NCBI RefSeq assembly: GCF_001194135.2
Contig: NC_068985.1
Location: forward strand, 44,269,697 to 44,333,696
Length of the DNA: 64,000 nt
DNA from: Octopus bimaculoides
Lineage: Eukaryota
Reading direction: 5' to 3'
Shown here: positions 36,125-48,515 of the stretch, in pieces
Layout of the letters: every line of letters starts with the position of its first letter
Numbering within the stretch: position 1 is the stretch's first letter
Notes under the pieces: generated by a model
What the model was told of the DNA's origin: nothing
Databases searched by the model: none
Seen by the model: the letters and a program-made list of their open reading frames with translations, nothing else
Position numbers and translations under genes: made by a program

Positions 36125-36925
36125 AAAAATATCAACTAAATTATGGATGGGAAATAATAATTTACTCAGAGTAGTTGCTCTTAGCTTCAACCATGGATGC
36201 AAGGTGGCTCTAGAATCTGGTGCATTCGTTCTTCACTGTATCTCTGAGAAGATCTCCAAACACTTTGTTCAATTTGGCCACCAGCAGGGCCATGGTGCTG
36301 CAGGTAGAGTGGTTGGTGTCTTTCTCATCTGTGCTCCACACAAAGTAATCAGGGGAACTAGAAGGCCAGAAATTAAGGCTGGCAAAATCATAGAAATTCT
36401 CCAACACTCAGCTCAGACCCTTTCCAAAGGTATGGTAAGGAGCTGAATCCTATTGTTAAAATACATATGACCTTCCAGCAGCAACCCTCTCCAGCTAGAC
36501 TTTGACACATTCTTCAGCAGCTTCACATAACTGTCTGAATTGAGCCTAAGGTCCTGTTTGAAGATGTGGAGATGAATTCTGGCATGTAGAGGCAGTCAGA
36601 ACACCTGCTGTGTCCTTTACTGCTGGCCACAGCTTTGTAGTCTCTATTACAGCTGAGCATGTTATATCTTACAGCCTTTCCTGTGTTCACAGAGCATTGA
36701 GCAGCAGTCATGAGGCCTGCATTTTGATACCCAGTGTGAATCATCATGATACAGGTAACTCTACTCCAATATTCAGAGTCCTTCATGTCAGCTAACATTT
36801 TCTGAACTACAACTTTAATCTTTATGCTCTTCAATGCCATTGACTGTTCACTAATAGATTAAGATGTTCCTGAAAAAAAGTGGACATTAAAAATCGTTAA
36901 ATTTAGTCCAAACACCCAGTATACA
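36125..36925 (-). mobile_element. Tc1/mariner-superfamily transposon remnant
   Basis: Minus-strand NFWPSSSPDYFVWSTDEKDTNHSTCSTMALLVAKLNKVFGDLLRDTVKNECTRF (WP..SPD catalytic-region motif with a deletion); TATACTGGGTGTTTGGACTAAATT end. Confidence 0.8.
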
Positions 36926-38689
36926 TTACTTTAAGCTACAACTTGCCTGAAAACTCTGAGCACCTACAGGCGAAACTCAGAGTAGCAAGGGACTGACTCG
37001 ATCAAAATAAAATATCAATCCCTACTATGGTATGAAGTGTGCTTTTCTTCAACAGTTAACACTAAATGGATATATAAATATTATTACTATTATTTATATA
37101 ATGTTATAATCTCATGACAGTGAATTGATAACGTTAAACAAAGGTTTCAAGCTGAAAATGCAGAAATAAATTTAGCAATTATCGGACATGGTTGATAATT
37201 GCTAAATTTGTCTCTATCCTTTATAATCATCAGAAATAATATACGATGGTCATTGGTGAAATAAATGTCTTTGATCAAAAGATATCTCATTCAGAACTTA
37301 CTAGGAAGTAAACAAATAGAAACAATAACAACAACTCATATAAAATATGTAGATCAATTTGTAAACTTTGGAAGCACAAAATGCTAAAAAAAATAAAGAG
37401 AAAAACCCAGATTTGAATCTTTATTGGTTTCATAAGAAAGGGGAGATATTTACAAAGTAAGTAATCTCCAAGCAGTTGAATACAGACCTTGGTGTTGTGG
37501 TAACCAGTCACAGAAACAACGTATTGATGTAAAAGCAACAATATATATTATTTATTCAAATGTAGAGATTATAGTCAAAGATTTATCCTGACTGAACTAC
37601 AATGTACAAGAGACAAATATAAGGAGAAAAAAAAGGTTCTCCAAGTTAGCTATTGATAAATGCAACTTAAAATGGTACAGTGACTTATTGATCGATAGAA
37701 GCAATATGACTATAGCATAAATTGACAGCCTGGCAACTCCAAGAGCTTCAACTATATATCATTCTTAAGACTAAACTAGAATGCCATTAAGCTAATATTG
37801 GACATGTCAGTTCAAGAACGGAATCTGTGAGTAAAAAGAATTGCTAAACAATTGGAAAGCACCACTTGAAAATACTTATTCATTTAGAAGGAAAACGGTT
37901 GACTGACTAAAATAAAGAGAATCCATTGATAAAGACAGTCAATGGAATAATGAATAAAGAACAATGAGGGGAAAAAAGTCAAAGAAAAAATAAAAGACTG
38001 AAATTGTGAGAAAGGACAAAAGATTGATTATGAAGATATAAGATATAGAAGAAAATGTTCTTTTTGACAAACTGTTTTCTATTAGAATGAAATGAATATG
38101 TCAGAATATATACATGATTCTATCATAGTGGAATTTGTTGAGACTACACTGAAATCAGGAAATAATTCATTGGAACTGATTAAAAGAAGGATGGAAAGAG
38201 GGAAGGATAAAATAAATAAAGGAATGGAAGCAACAATCTAAATATAGATATGGATAAATATGGTCCAATCTGAATATTAAAATTGCTGGTCGGCAAGATT
38301 ATATAATCACTGTGATGGATGATGTTAGTGATGGTGGTGGTCGTAGTGATGATTGTGGTGAGAAGAAGCTGGCTGCAATAAAATGATGAGGCTGAAGCTG
38401 TTTTTTGGAAATAATGAATAAATGATATCCCACAGGATTTGTAAATGAATGTCAACTCTAGAACTACACATGACCAATAAAGGAATCAATATAATACACT
38501 GGTTCCATAATGGCTAACCATTATTTCCAATAAATTCTTCTACTAGGGACAATACATTTATGATTGGGATACAATTTTGATATTGTGCTTCTTGTTTTTT
38601 TCATGTTATTAATAATTTTGCATGATTTTCAGTACAATTTGCCCCTTTAGCATGTAAAAGATGCTGTTAGATAACTAAGCTAACTAAAT

Positions 38690-38920
38690 AGTTAAGCCAT
38701 CTATACAATTTAGCTGTCTATATAATTTAACCATTTATATAATGTAGTCAATATATAATTAGCCATTTATATATTTTAACGATCTAGATAATTTAATCAT
38801 CTAAACAATTTAGCCAGCTAAGTAACTAAGTAGTCTATATATTTTAAGTCATCTATATAGTTAGTTATTTATATAACTTAGCCACCTACACAATTTAAGC
38901 CATCACTATAATTTAGCTAT
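38690..38920. repeat. Degenerate ~18-nt minisatellite (ATTTAGCCATCTATATAA-like), about a dozen units
   Basis: Direct reading. Confidence 0.7.
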
Positions 38921-40319
38921 GTTAATGTTTCACACTGAATTATGTTCATTATTATTATTAGTGGTTCTTTCATCAACTGATGAGGTTGAATAATATTGAA
39001 ATATGTCTAGAGTTGTCTCCCATACTCGCTGATATAATTTAAATAATACTTGTCATAGAGTTCACGTTGTCTTTTCCTCACCACATATGTGCTTCTAATT
39101 AAAACTGTGGTACTCTCTGTAATAAATAAATCAACACTAATTTAATAATATATTTTAACTCGTCTATAATTAAACAGCCTACATCATTTAGGCTATCTAT
39201 AAATTAATATCACTTCCCTTATTTCAATCACTTATAATTGGTTTCAGACAAATGGTAAAGTAAAGTCAGTCAGCTGTTGCATGTAGGACTTCTGTTTGAT
39301 GACTGAACATATTGGGCAATTCCATGATTGCTACACATGGATACACATGCTACTTTGATACACATGGATACAGAATATAGTGGGATCAAAGTTTTTGGCT
39401 TCTTTGATTTAAATGACATAAGCATTTACAACAATTTAGGTAAAATACTGATTACTCAATCTTTGCCTTTGATTTATAATATAAACACTTTAAAATAAGT
39501 GGTTTGTACTTATAAAACCAGAAGTAGATTTGGTATTGAAAGCATCCACATTCAACAACTGTTATTCATTTAATTTCAGTATTTTCCATGCTAGCATAGC
39601 TTGAATAGAAATTGGTTTTGAGGCAAGATTTTACAGCTCTTTTTGTCTCCAACCTTCACTTGTTTTTAGGCATGAAACTTTTATATTCTAAAGATACAGC
39701 CCTCTCCCCGCAAACACACAGAATAAATGCATTCATACAAACAATATATATACATAAAAGGACAACAAATGGAAAATATGACCTACCTATATATATAATT
39801 AAAAAAAAACGTGAAGTAAATAAACACATGAACATATACTAAATACACAGGTGGACAGAAAACATAGGTAATCAATACTTCATCAGTTATCAGCCAGAGG
39901 AGTCAATTGCAATTCAGCCATTATCGATGATATTGCTTCCACTCTGGAGGGACCAACAAGAAACTTGCAGGGAATTGAACCTAAACATAACAAAACGAAA
40001 TGAGCTCGAGATGAGACCGTTAGTGAACGAACGGGGAACAGAATAAACAGAATAAAGGCTTAGAGCCACATGAAGACAACAATTAATAATGATAATGCAT
40101 ATACAATGTAAAACCTTAGGGCTGCAAGACAAGACAAAAATAGGGCTGCAAGACAAGACAAAGCTGGTGATGATTTTTAAAATGAGAATATCTGAAATAA
40201 ACTTGATTCCTCTCACAAACAAGAATTCTAAAAATGAACCCAACCGCTCTCAAAAATTAAGTAAAAAACCAGGTAAAATAATCCAGAATCCTTGTTCAGT
40301 ATCAGATTGATCCCAATGG

Positions 40320-40570
40320 TAGTCATGGAATATGAAGGTGGGTGTGCAGGCCGTGTTTGTAATGCTGTGTGTGTGTCGTCTGCAGTGGGAACAGGGACAG
40401 TTGCCTCTATGAAGGCCTTTTTCATTCTATCCACTGATATAGTGTCTTTACAACCATTAAGGTCTATAGTGAAAAATTTATCTGTGCATGAAAGAAAACA
40501 GAAAGGACCTGGATACAGTGCTGTTAATGGAGGTTTAACAACATCATTGTGCACAAAAACATGAGTCCAA
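40320..40570 (-). mobile_element. Gypsy LTR retrotransposon integrase C-terminal remnant
   Basis: HNDVVKPPLTALYPGPFCFLSCTDKFFTIDLNGCKDTISVDRMKKAFIE matches the R.D..R.PL...Y.GPF.V...........V..DRLKPA pattern. Confidence 0.8.
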
Positions 40571-40939
40571 GAAGTAAAGCTTCCTTCAAGGCAGAGCTAG
40601 AAATGAAATTGTCAAGTAGGTAGGTTTTAAACAGGGGCGATATATTCAAAATTGGTAAAACTAAAAACTTTTGAGGATAAATTAAATTTATTATTGTTAC
40701 TGAATGTGTTAGTGTTATTTAATTTCTGAATGGTTTTGCTGCTGTTTGTTTATGTAGTTCGATTACTTTATCCATCAGTTTCTACTAAGTTAGAGATGTA
40801 AGTAAAATTAATAATAGAGAAACGAAAATAAAACTTTGGAAACAGCAATGCCACCGTAGCTTACATGGAAACCATGTGCGTGCTTTCAAGGGAGATAATC
40901 AGAGAAAGACTTGAAAGTCAATGCAAGATCATAATACTT

Positions 40940-41152
40940 CATATAAAGTAAAATGAATATAACAAATAATCTAGAATCCTTGTCCGGTACCAGATCAATC
41001 CCAAAATGTAACTAGTTCGTGCCAATCACAATGCCAAACATCCCTGAAAGTTTCATCTGAATCCATCCAGCGGTTCTTGAGATAGGTTGCCCACGGTCAA
41101 ACAAAGAAACAAACACGACTGACAACAATACCTCTGCCTTCGCTAAGGCAGA

Positions 41153-41156
<4 letters not shown>
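40940..41156. mobile_element. Helentron/HINE-like non-autonomous element end
   Basis: AGAATCCTTGTCCGGTACCAGATC motif (partial second copy at 40284-40315), GAAAGTTTCAT..ATCC block, terminal 12-bp hairpin TACCTCTGCCTT-CGCT-AAGGCAGAGGTA. Confidence 0.5.
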
Positions 41157-41187
<31 letters not shown>

Positions 41188-41196
41188 TAATAATAA

Positions 41197-41752
41197 ATGC
41201 CCTGATGCAATTCCAGGCAGTGGCTCCCATGGCTTCAGATCTTAACTGATTGGAAGTGTTATCATGCACATTGTTTTAACTTGGAATACAAGATGGGCTA
41301 CAGTAACTATTCTACTCAATATCACAGATTTGCTTGTCAGTTGTTTGACCGTAACCAGTTGAGCATATCTCTTGGTGGCTGACGATATGTGCATCTCTGA
41401 TCATGAGCAGAAGTAGTGGGGGAGCATCATAGCCATGTGTTGAGAGGAATTCTTTGGAGTTTAGCTAATTCACCTTTGGAAACATGGGTATTTCGTTCAT
41501 CATCCTTAAACAACCCTTATTCAGGGACCCTTTGAGTGGGATGGGTCACTCGACCTGAAGAAAATTCTAACTGTGCCCCACCTGCAAGGTCATGCACTGT
41601 TTATCTTGATATGAGATCACTGTGTCGTGCACATATAGTTGTGATGCATGTACCTGGTGTACCCTTATCAAGTAGGTAGTGATGATGGGTATACTGGGCT
41701 TCATATATTTTACCCCAGTGTCATTTTGATGGCATGCACTGCTCTCTCACTC
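41197..41752. mobile_element. Family D element, best-preserved copy, flanked by (AAT)n on both sides
   Basis: (AAT)n at 41156-41196 and 41753-41778. Confidence 0.88.
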
Positions 41753-41769
41753 AATAATAATGATAATAA

Positions 41770-41995
41770 TAATAATAATCACCATCATTGTTCTATAATC
41801 CTTGTGTTATAGTATTTCTGTTGAAATGCACCACTGTTGTTCCAGTTAATTTTGAAAATAACGAAAAATTTAGTAAAATAACTTTGTCATTATTAATCTA
41901 GTGTTTGCAACATAAATTAACACAAAATTTTGATGGAATATCTTTAGACGACTTTAAAATGGCAAGTTTTGTGTCACAGAACCAAGGGTGGATTG
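41770..41995 (-). mobile_element. MITE fragment homologous to 53295-53780
   Basis: TTTAGTAAAATAACTTTGTCATTATTAA..TTTTGATGGAA matches the reverse complement of 53370-53450. Confidence 0.55.
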
Positions 41996-43365
41996 AGGCA
42001 GTTTGATATCAAAAGGATTAATATCTGGCTTCCAAACCAGCATGGGAGGGACTCATCTGGCAAAATAAAATTACAAACAAGAACAGAAATTAAAAAAAAA
42101 AACACTTTAGATCTACTCATGAAAATGAATAGTGGTTTATGCCTATAAATTACAAAAACTTTTGAATTTAGTTTCACAAAAGTGAAACAGTCAGACAACA
42201 TTTAGAATTTAAAAAAAAACTGCTAAAGGAATAACTTTGTAAATTTTATCTACTTTTAATAGAAAAAAAATCCCCCATTTATCGAGTGTCAAATGTTAAA
42301 AATAAAAGGAAAAGCATCATTAAGAAATTCCATTGTAAAAGTATACCGTTTATCAGAATTTATAGCTGAATAAATACTTGAGAAAGCAGCATAGTGTGAA
42401 ATGTCAATAGGAGATTGATATGGAGCAGAAATCAAATATTATTCTGATAAAATCAGGATATCATATGAAATGGCTTGTAACAAGTTGCTGGTAAAACTGC
42501 TACAAATGGTTACATTTAAAATTAGTGTCTTGAAATGGAAAGTATCATAGACAGCTGGGGTTTACATGGTAAATGATGCTATACTAACTGAAGAATTTTT
42601 ATAAAATGGTGGAACCTTAAAGACTGTTGATATACATCAGCAAAACATACACAAAAGCACATTCACATATAGTGCAAAGACAAGAAACATTAAGAAAATG
42701 GAAGAAAAATGTTTTACAAATATGGTATTAATTTAATGCTTCAATAGAAAAACTATCTTAATGTTTTGGATGTTAGTCTTTGTCAGACGAAAAGCTAGAA
42801 AGAGAGAGGAGCATAGAGATTGAAAAGGGAATCGTGAAAAAAAACAACAATGGGGTGGTGGTGGAGGGTTAAAAAAACTATGTGGGAATGCTGCCTTATG
42901 GAGAGAAATTAAGAGGGAAGAAAGGGATGTGTGTATAAATGCATTAGAGTATACCTGAATCTAGAGATAGGCTTAAAGGGGACTGGTGTGTGTGGGCGTG
43001 TATGTTAGTGTGATGTATGTATGTGTATAGATGTCTACAAGAGTGAAAGTACAGTGGTGTTGGTTGATGATGAGGACGTTGGTATGTGTGTGTCTGTGTT
43101 AAAGCAACAAGATGATGGGTGAATGAACACAGGGGTTCCTTGGCTCAGACATGCTGTCTCCTCTCTCTCCCTCTCTATAATGACCTCTGCTCCTCAGAAC
43201 CAGTTGGTCACAAGCCACCTCCATTCAAGCACTTGAAATTCACTTGTTCCTCTACTCATTACTAGTGTTGGATCCACCACCCCCAACACACTAATCCCTA
43301 TATCCAGTCCTTCTACCACAGAACATTGACCTTCTAGAATTTCCTCCCTGTATATGTCTTTGTAG

Positions 43366-43467
43366 GTATTAACTTGCAGAATTAAGCAGAATGCGAATGG
43401 TATTGATCTCATCCATCTTGAAGGGCATGTGAAGACTATTGGCATTGCCTCTTTCAGTACAAAAAAG
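43366..43467 (+). CDS. Candidate 102-nt exon of a WD40-repeat-like protein: VLTCRIKQNANGIDLIHLEGHVKTIGIASFSTKK
   Basis: Pyrimidine tract ending TGTCTTTGTAG, AAG|GTAAAT donor, phase 0-0, stop-free, L.GH...I....FS motif, unique sequence. Confidence 0.55.
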
Positions 43468-44999
43468 GTAAATATTTTAGCAAGTAAAAAGTAAAAAAAA
43501 ACAAAACAAAAAAAGAAGAAAGATTCTGAGAATCATTGGTTTCTCTTTTTGGCTTTAGAATAAAATCTGAATATTAAACAATCTAAAAAAACAAAACAAA
43601 AAAAAAAACGAACTAAAAAGACTATTAAAATGATTATAAGTAAAAATTCTTGAAATATCTAAATTTGTCTTTTTATGGAAGCTACTTGTTTTGATTGTTA
43701 GTAAGTAACATCGACTAATTGGTATCTACAAAAAGATGAATTTCCTTTGGAAAGACAAAGGTTTTTGATTGAAAAGTCTGTGAGTAGAAGAGGAAGATGA
43801 GAGAATTCAGTGAAATATATAGCATAGGAGATTGAAATATGGTGTTAATTCAATATAACAGCACCAACAGCAGTAAAAGGAAGACACCAAGATTATTCTA
43901 TAGTTCTTTATTATTGACTCTTTGAATGTCTTTCTTCTTCATCTTTCTGATAAAAGACATCCTCTCGATTACACAAAAACATACATGCACATGTGCACCC
44001 ATACATATGTATATACAGACACAAGACACATACAGATACACATGTACATATATACATACTGACATAGACATATGTACACACACATACACACACACTGAAA
44101 ATAGATCCTTTTCTTTTTTTTTTTAAATATCTTTATCAATGATTAAGAATTTGTTTTTAGCTCACCATCTTTTACATCTATATACAATAATACATGTGAT
44201 TGTATGTATGCATGGTGCGTGTGTGTGTGTGTGTGTGTGTGTACGTACAGTCATGTACAAAACAAAAATAAAACAAAACAAAGCAAAATCCAGAAGTAAT
44301 GCAGTCATGCACACAGATGTACAGACACACAATATACTTATATACCAAAACAGAATATATTCATAAGCATATACATATATAGAAACACAAAATGTGTACA
44401 CACATATATATTCACATACACAAAATATATACATAAAAAAACCCGATATATATTCACACACAGAATACATGCATCACAAACATACATACATATCTACATA
44501 TATATACATATCATCTATTTCTTACTGTAATTATTTTTAGATGAGACCAAGTAGTAAAGGATAAAAGTACCAGAAGATGTGGATGTGGTTGGAATTATAG
44601 AGAAGAATGGAAAGGAATGGCATAAGGCTGGGAGATATATCCAAAGGAGGAAGGAGAGAGAGAGGAAAAGGAAGAGAAGAAGAAGAAGGAGCAGATATGA
44701 AAGGATGAAACAAAATTGGTGAAAATAACAAATAAAAAAAAAAAAGAAATTATAACTTGTAGTGATTATAGAATTTATAAGAAGAAGAGTTCTTTAATGA
44801 AATTGGAATAGAATAAATGGCACAGGAATAATGGCCAGTCATGCCAAAACCAGCAAAGCAGTTGAAGTGTTGGTAGTAACATCTTTATAGAGATAGCAAA
44901 GTAACAGGCATCACATTTACAGTGCACCACCATCACATTATGATCTGACGATGATGATGATGGCAACGGTGATGACGACGACCACGACGACCACGGCCA

Positions 45000-45222
45000 C
45001 CACAAAGACAGACCTCTTTCTGAAGTAAATTCAAAGAAACTGTATTTCACAAACAACCTTAATGAATCCATTATTTTGTAGTTTTTACATGAAGTGCTAC
45101 CCACTAACTCCCCACTTTTGACATAAATCACTACTCCATTATCGCCCCACTTTTCTCCAACGCCTCCTTGGAACTTTCCACTGCCCCCAGGGGGAAATAC
45201 CTCCCACTTTGGGAACCACTAG
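45000..45222. mobile_element. hAT/MITE-like fragment, partly shared with 53520-53620
   Basis: AGTAAATTCAAA..GTATTTCACAAA..CCATTATTTTGT..TTTTTACAT in both; CCCACTTTGGGAACCACTAG end. Confidence 0.45.
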
Positions 45223-45975
45223 TGAATGGCATTAGGGAGGGCATCCAGCCATAGAAACCAAGCCAAACCAGACTGGAACCTGGTGCAGCCTTCTGGCTTA
45301 CCAATTCCAGTCAAACCATCTAATCCATGCTAGCATGGCAAAAAGGATGCTAAATGATGATAATGATGATGAATTCTGGTATAAAAAGGCAGGGGAGACA
45401 ACCCTGCAGAATTAATTAAAAATAAATATGTAAACACACTGGTGGTGGGATGTGAGTATGTACCATTTGTGACAACTGACAACTCTGAGGTTAACCCATG
45501 GCTAAACAACACACAACCCTACCAGATTATATTAGCTTAGTAACACCGACGATGCTGATGGTATCAATGGTAATGATAATGACAAATACTCAGCAGTATT
45601 TCTTTTGACTCTTTATGTTTTGAGTTCAGTTCCCATTGTGGTCAGCTTTGCCTTTCATCCTTTTGTGAGTAACAAAATAAAGCAAGAGTCAAGTACTGAA
45701 GTTGATGTAGCTGACTTTCCCCTCCCTTCAAAATTGTAGGCCTTGTGTCAAGATTAGAGAGAATTATTAAAGGCAACAAGTTAGCAGAATTATTAGCATG
45801 CAGGACAAAATGCTTAGTGATACTTCTCCCAGTTTTACATTCTGAGTTCAAATGCTACCATGGTTGACTTTTCTTTTTATTGTTTTAGGGTTGATAAAAT
45901 AAGTACCAGTCAAGCACTAGAGACAATATAATTGGCTTTCTCCTTCCCTTAAAACTTCTAACTTTATGCCAAAAA
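45222..45975 (+). mobile_element. Family A fragment (45222-45370) and two tandem old family B SINEs (45590-45780, 45770-45975)
   Basis: Motif matches. Confidence 0.65.
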
Positions 45976-46889
45976 TTATTAAGTATTATCATTATTATTA
46001 TCGTTGTTGTGGTCTTTGACAGGTCTGACAATGGTTTCTTTTGACAAGGCAGGAATCCAATCTCAAAGAGGTGTGATAGTGATATAACTAAGAGTTGAGA
46101 ATAATAATATTAAGATTTCTGATGAGTATGACATTTTCTAATTAATCTTCAACAGAAAATATCCAGTCATCACAGATACAAACAGGTTTCAAACAACTCA
46201 TCACTTAACCATTTCTAACAACTGTTGATTTGAGCCATTTCTGATAATCAATCAACATGGATATATATTTTCAATATTTGATATTCACCTCTTCCTCCCC
46301 TTGTTTTTCTCTCACTCCTACCACTCTATTTCACTCTAATACGCTCTCTTCTTTCACCCTTCAGGCATCACTCTCCCCTCTGACCACTTCCTTGGTCATG
46401 TTTGAGCTGAGAAATGGAGCCAATACAAAATGTATCTCTTATGTAGTGCTACAATAAAATGCATCCAATGCACTCTTATAAGTGCTGAAATGCATGATAT
46501 CACAAGAATCATGCTAACGTTGTTTACATTCATTTTAAAGGAATTAAAGATCTCTCTAAAATTAGCAAGAAAACACTAATTCTTTCTTGTGTCATTCATT
46601 TCTCTTATGTAACAGAATCATTGCTAGACTTCACGACAGGATGCCAAGAGTTAATTAGACTGTCAATTAGTTATAATGTGTGTAACTCAGAAAGCCATCA
46701 CCAATACTGGTGTGATGATCGTAGGTTTAGTTTATACTTTATCCAATGACCCATGCATTAGTTAGACTGCTAGTGTGATCTTGGTTATTTTAAATGACAG
46801 TCACACTGAAAGATTAAAAAGTATGGCAAAAACCAGTGGTCTCTTCATTTGCTGAACAACTTTGCTTCAAATATGTGTCTGTTACAAGT

Positions 46890-47095
46890 AATTGGCTTTG
46901 TTGATGCTACTATATCTGTGATGAGAAAGTGAATATGTTAATAATCTCCCTCAAATCACATCCCACCATTATAACAAAAAAGTATGCATTTAGATAATGT
47001 AAACCCAGGATACCATTAGAAAGATGGGACAGCCATGATGGAATACCAGAGGTCATAAAGCTGTTCTAAATCTTGAGTTAAACGACAACAACAAC
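46890..47095 (+). mobile_element. Old Nin/Deu-like SINE
   Basis: TCTCCCTCAAATCACATCCC..TAGATAATGTA..AAACGACAACAACAAC tail. Confidence 0.55.
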
Positions 47096-47949
47096 AAAGA
47101 GATAAGAAGGGAGTATTTCACTTAACACTATAGAGAATCTGTTGTTAGACATAGAAGTACATTGATTTTAAGTCACACGGGGAGGGACATTTAGCTTTAT
47201 CATAATTTATCTTTACATGGGATAACTGATGCAAAAATATGACCTCACCAATATTTATGGGACATTTAAATATATCAGTAAGAGGAATTGAATGTCAACA
47301 CAAGGTATTTAGCTGTTAACCATTCTTTTATATGATCAGACATACCAACTGGTTTTTAAGTACTCTTGATAATTTAGTTAAAAAAAAAATAAGTAAAAAC
47401 TACAACCAAGGCAGAGCTTTTACCAATTTGTGTTTAGTTTACTGTAAAGAGTAAACAACAAGAGTAGAAACATTAGACTTCTGTACATTCACAGAAACAA
47501 CACAAAAGAAACGTAATATTTAACTCTGAAGACAGTGCTTCAGAATGATCTTAGCCATAATGGGGTAAACAAATAAAAGGCAGGTAGAACACATCTCTGT
47601 TAACACATTAAGTACCATATGTTATAGCACACAAGTTGAATTTTAAGGCCAAAATTTACAGTCATAAAAAGTTAAGTCAACTTATGTACCAAAATGATTT
47701 TGGAATACCGAAAATTCCATGAGAAATGCAGTAGAATTTGGGAAGATGGTGATGATGTTTGACTACTTATGTTTCATGCTCACAATATATACTATAGTGA
47801 ATTGTGTGCTGGAAAATATGGTAATATGACAAATTTTTGTGCTTTCTAAGTGTAAGCATCTTGTACAACTCTCCCAGGTATTAGAGTAAATTTGGTAAAT
47901 AGAAACTGTGCAGAAGCCCATTGTGTGTATGTATGCATACATGTCTATC

Positions 47950-47982
<33 letters not shown>

Positions 47983-47984
47983 AT

Positions 47985-48210
47985 ATATAACGGCAACCAC
48001 TAAGTGGACAGTTAATGTGCTAGAAGAAGATCACATGTAATGTGTTTACTAAGACCTAATAGTTCTCAAATGAAATTCAGTGAAATACCAAACCGTATGT
48101 CAGCAAGACAGTGAAAATTACATAAATAAAACATTATTATTTGTGAACCGGTTTCGAAATTAATATTCTCTTAGTGGAAATATCTGTTTCTCATCAGCAC
48201 GAACTGTGTC
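47985..48210 (-). mobile_element. Penelope-like terminal fragment with a hammerhead
   Basis: Hammerhead at 48140-48203; ends at (TA)n; homologous to 30006-30175. Confidence 0.6.
48140..48203 (-). ncRNA. Minimal type-I hammerhead motif
   Basis: TTCGTG-CTGATGA-GAAA(CA)GATATT..AATATT(AA)TTTC-GAAA-CCGGT-T-CACAAA; palindromic ACCGGT stem III; stem I has one CpG-type mismatch. Confidence 0.7.
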
Positions 48211-48399
48211 TATCTGTCTGTCTATCTATCTATCTATCTATATATATATATACATATATTTATATCTATATGTGTGCACATACATGTATGTGTGTGCATG
48301 CGCCTGCACAACAAAATGTCTCTCTTTTGCTTTTATACAACACTGATTGATAACTGATCCTGTAACTTATTGATTTGGTAAATAGGGACCAATTGAATA

Positions 48400-48515
48400 A
48401 ACACCAAATGTGAAAACTATGGGTGTCACTTTGGATTGACTAAAACCCTTCAAAGCAGCGCTCCAGCACAGTCACAGTCCAAAGACAGAAAAGAGTAAAA
48501 CATAAAGAGTAAAAG
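48400..48515 (+). mobile_element. Family C SINE 3' half
   Basis: GACTAAAACCCTTCAAAGCAGCGCTCCAGCAC..AAAAGAGTAAAA. Confidence 0.6.

Noticed and set aside
46364-46680. Strong acceptors at 46363 and 46616
   Set aside because: The open frames lack convincing donors and recognisable peptides
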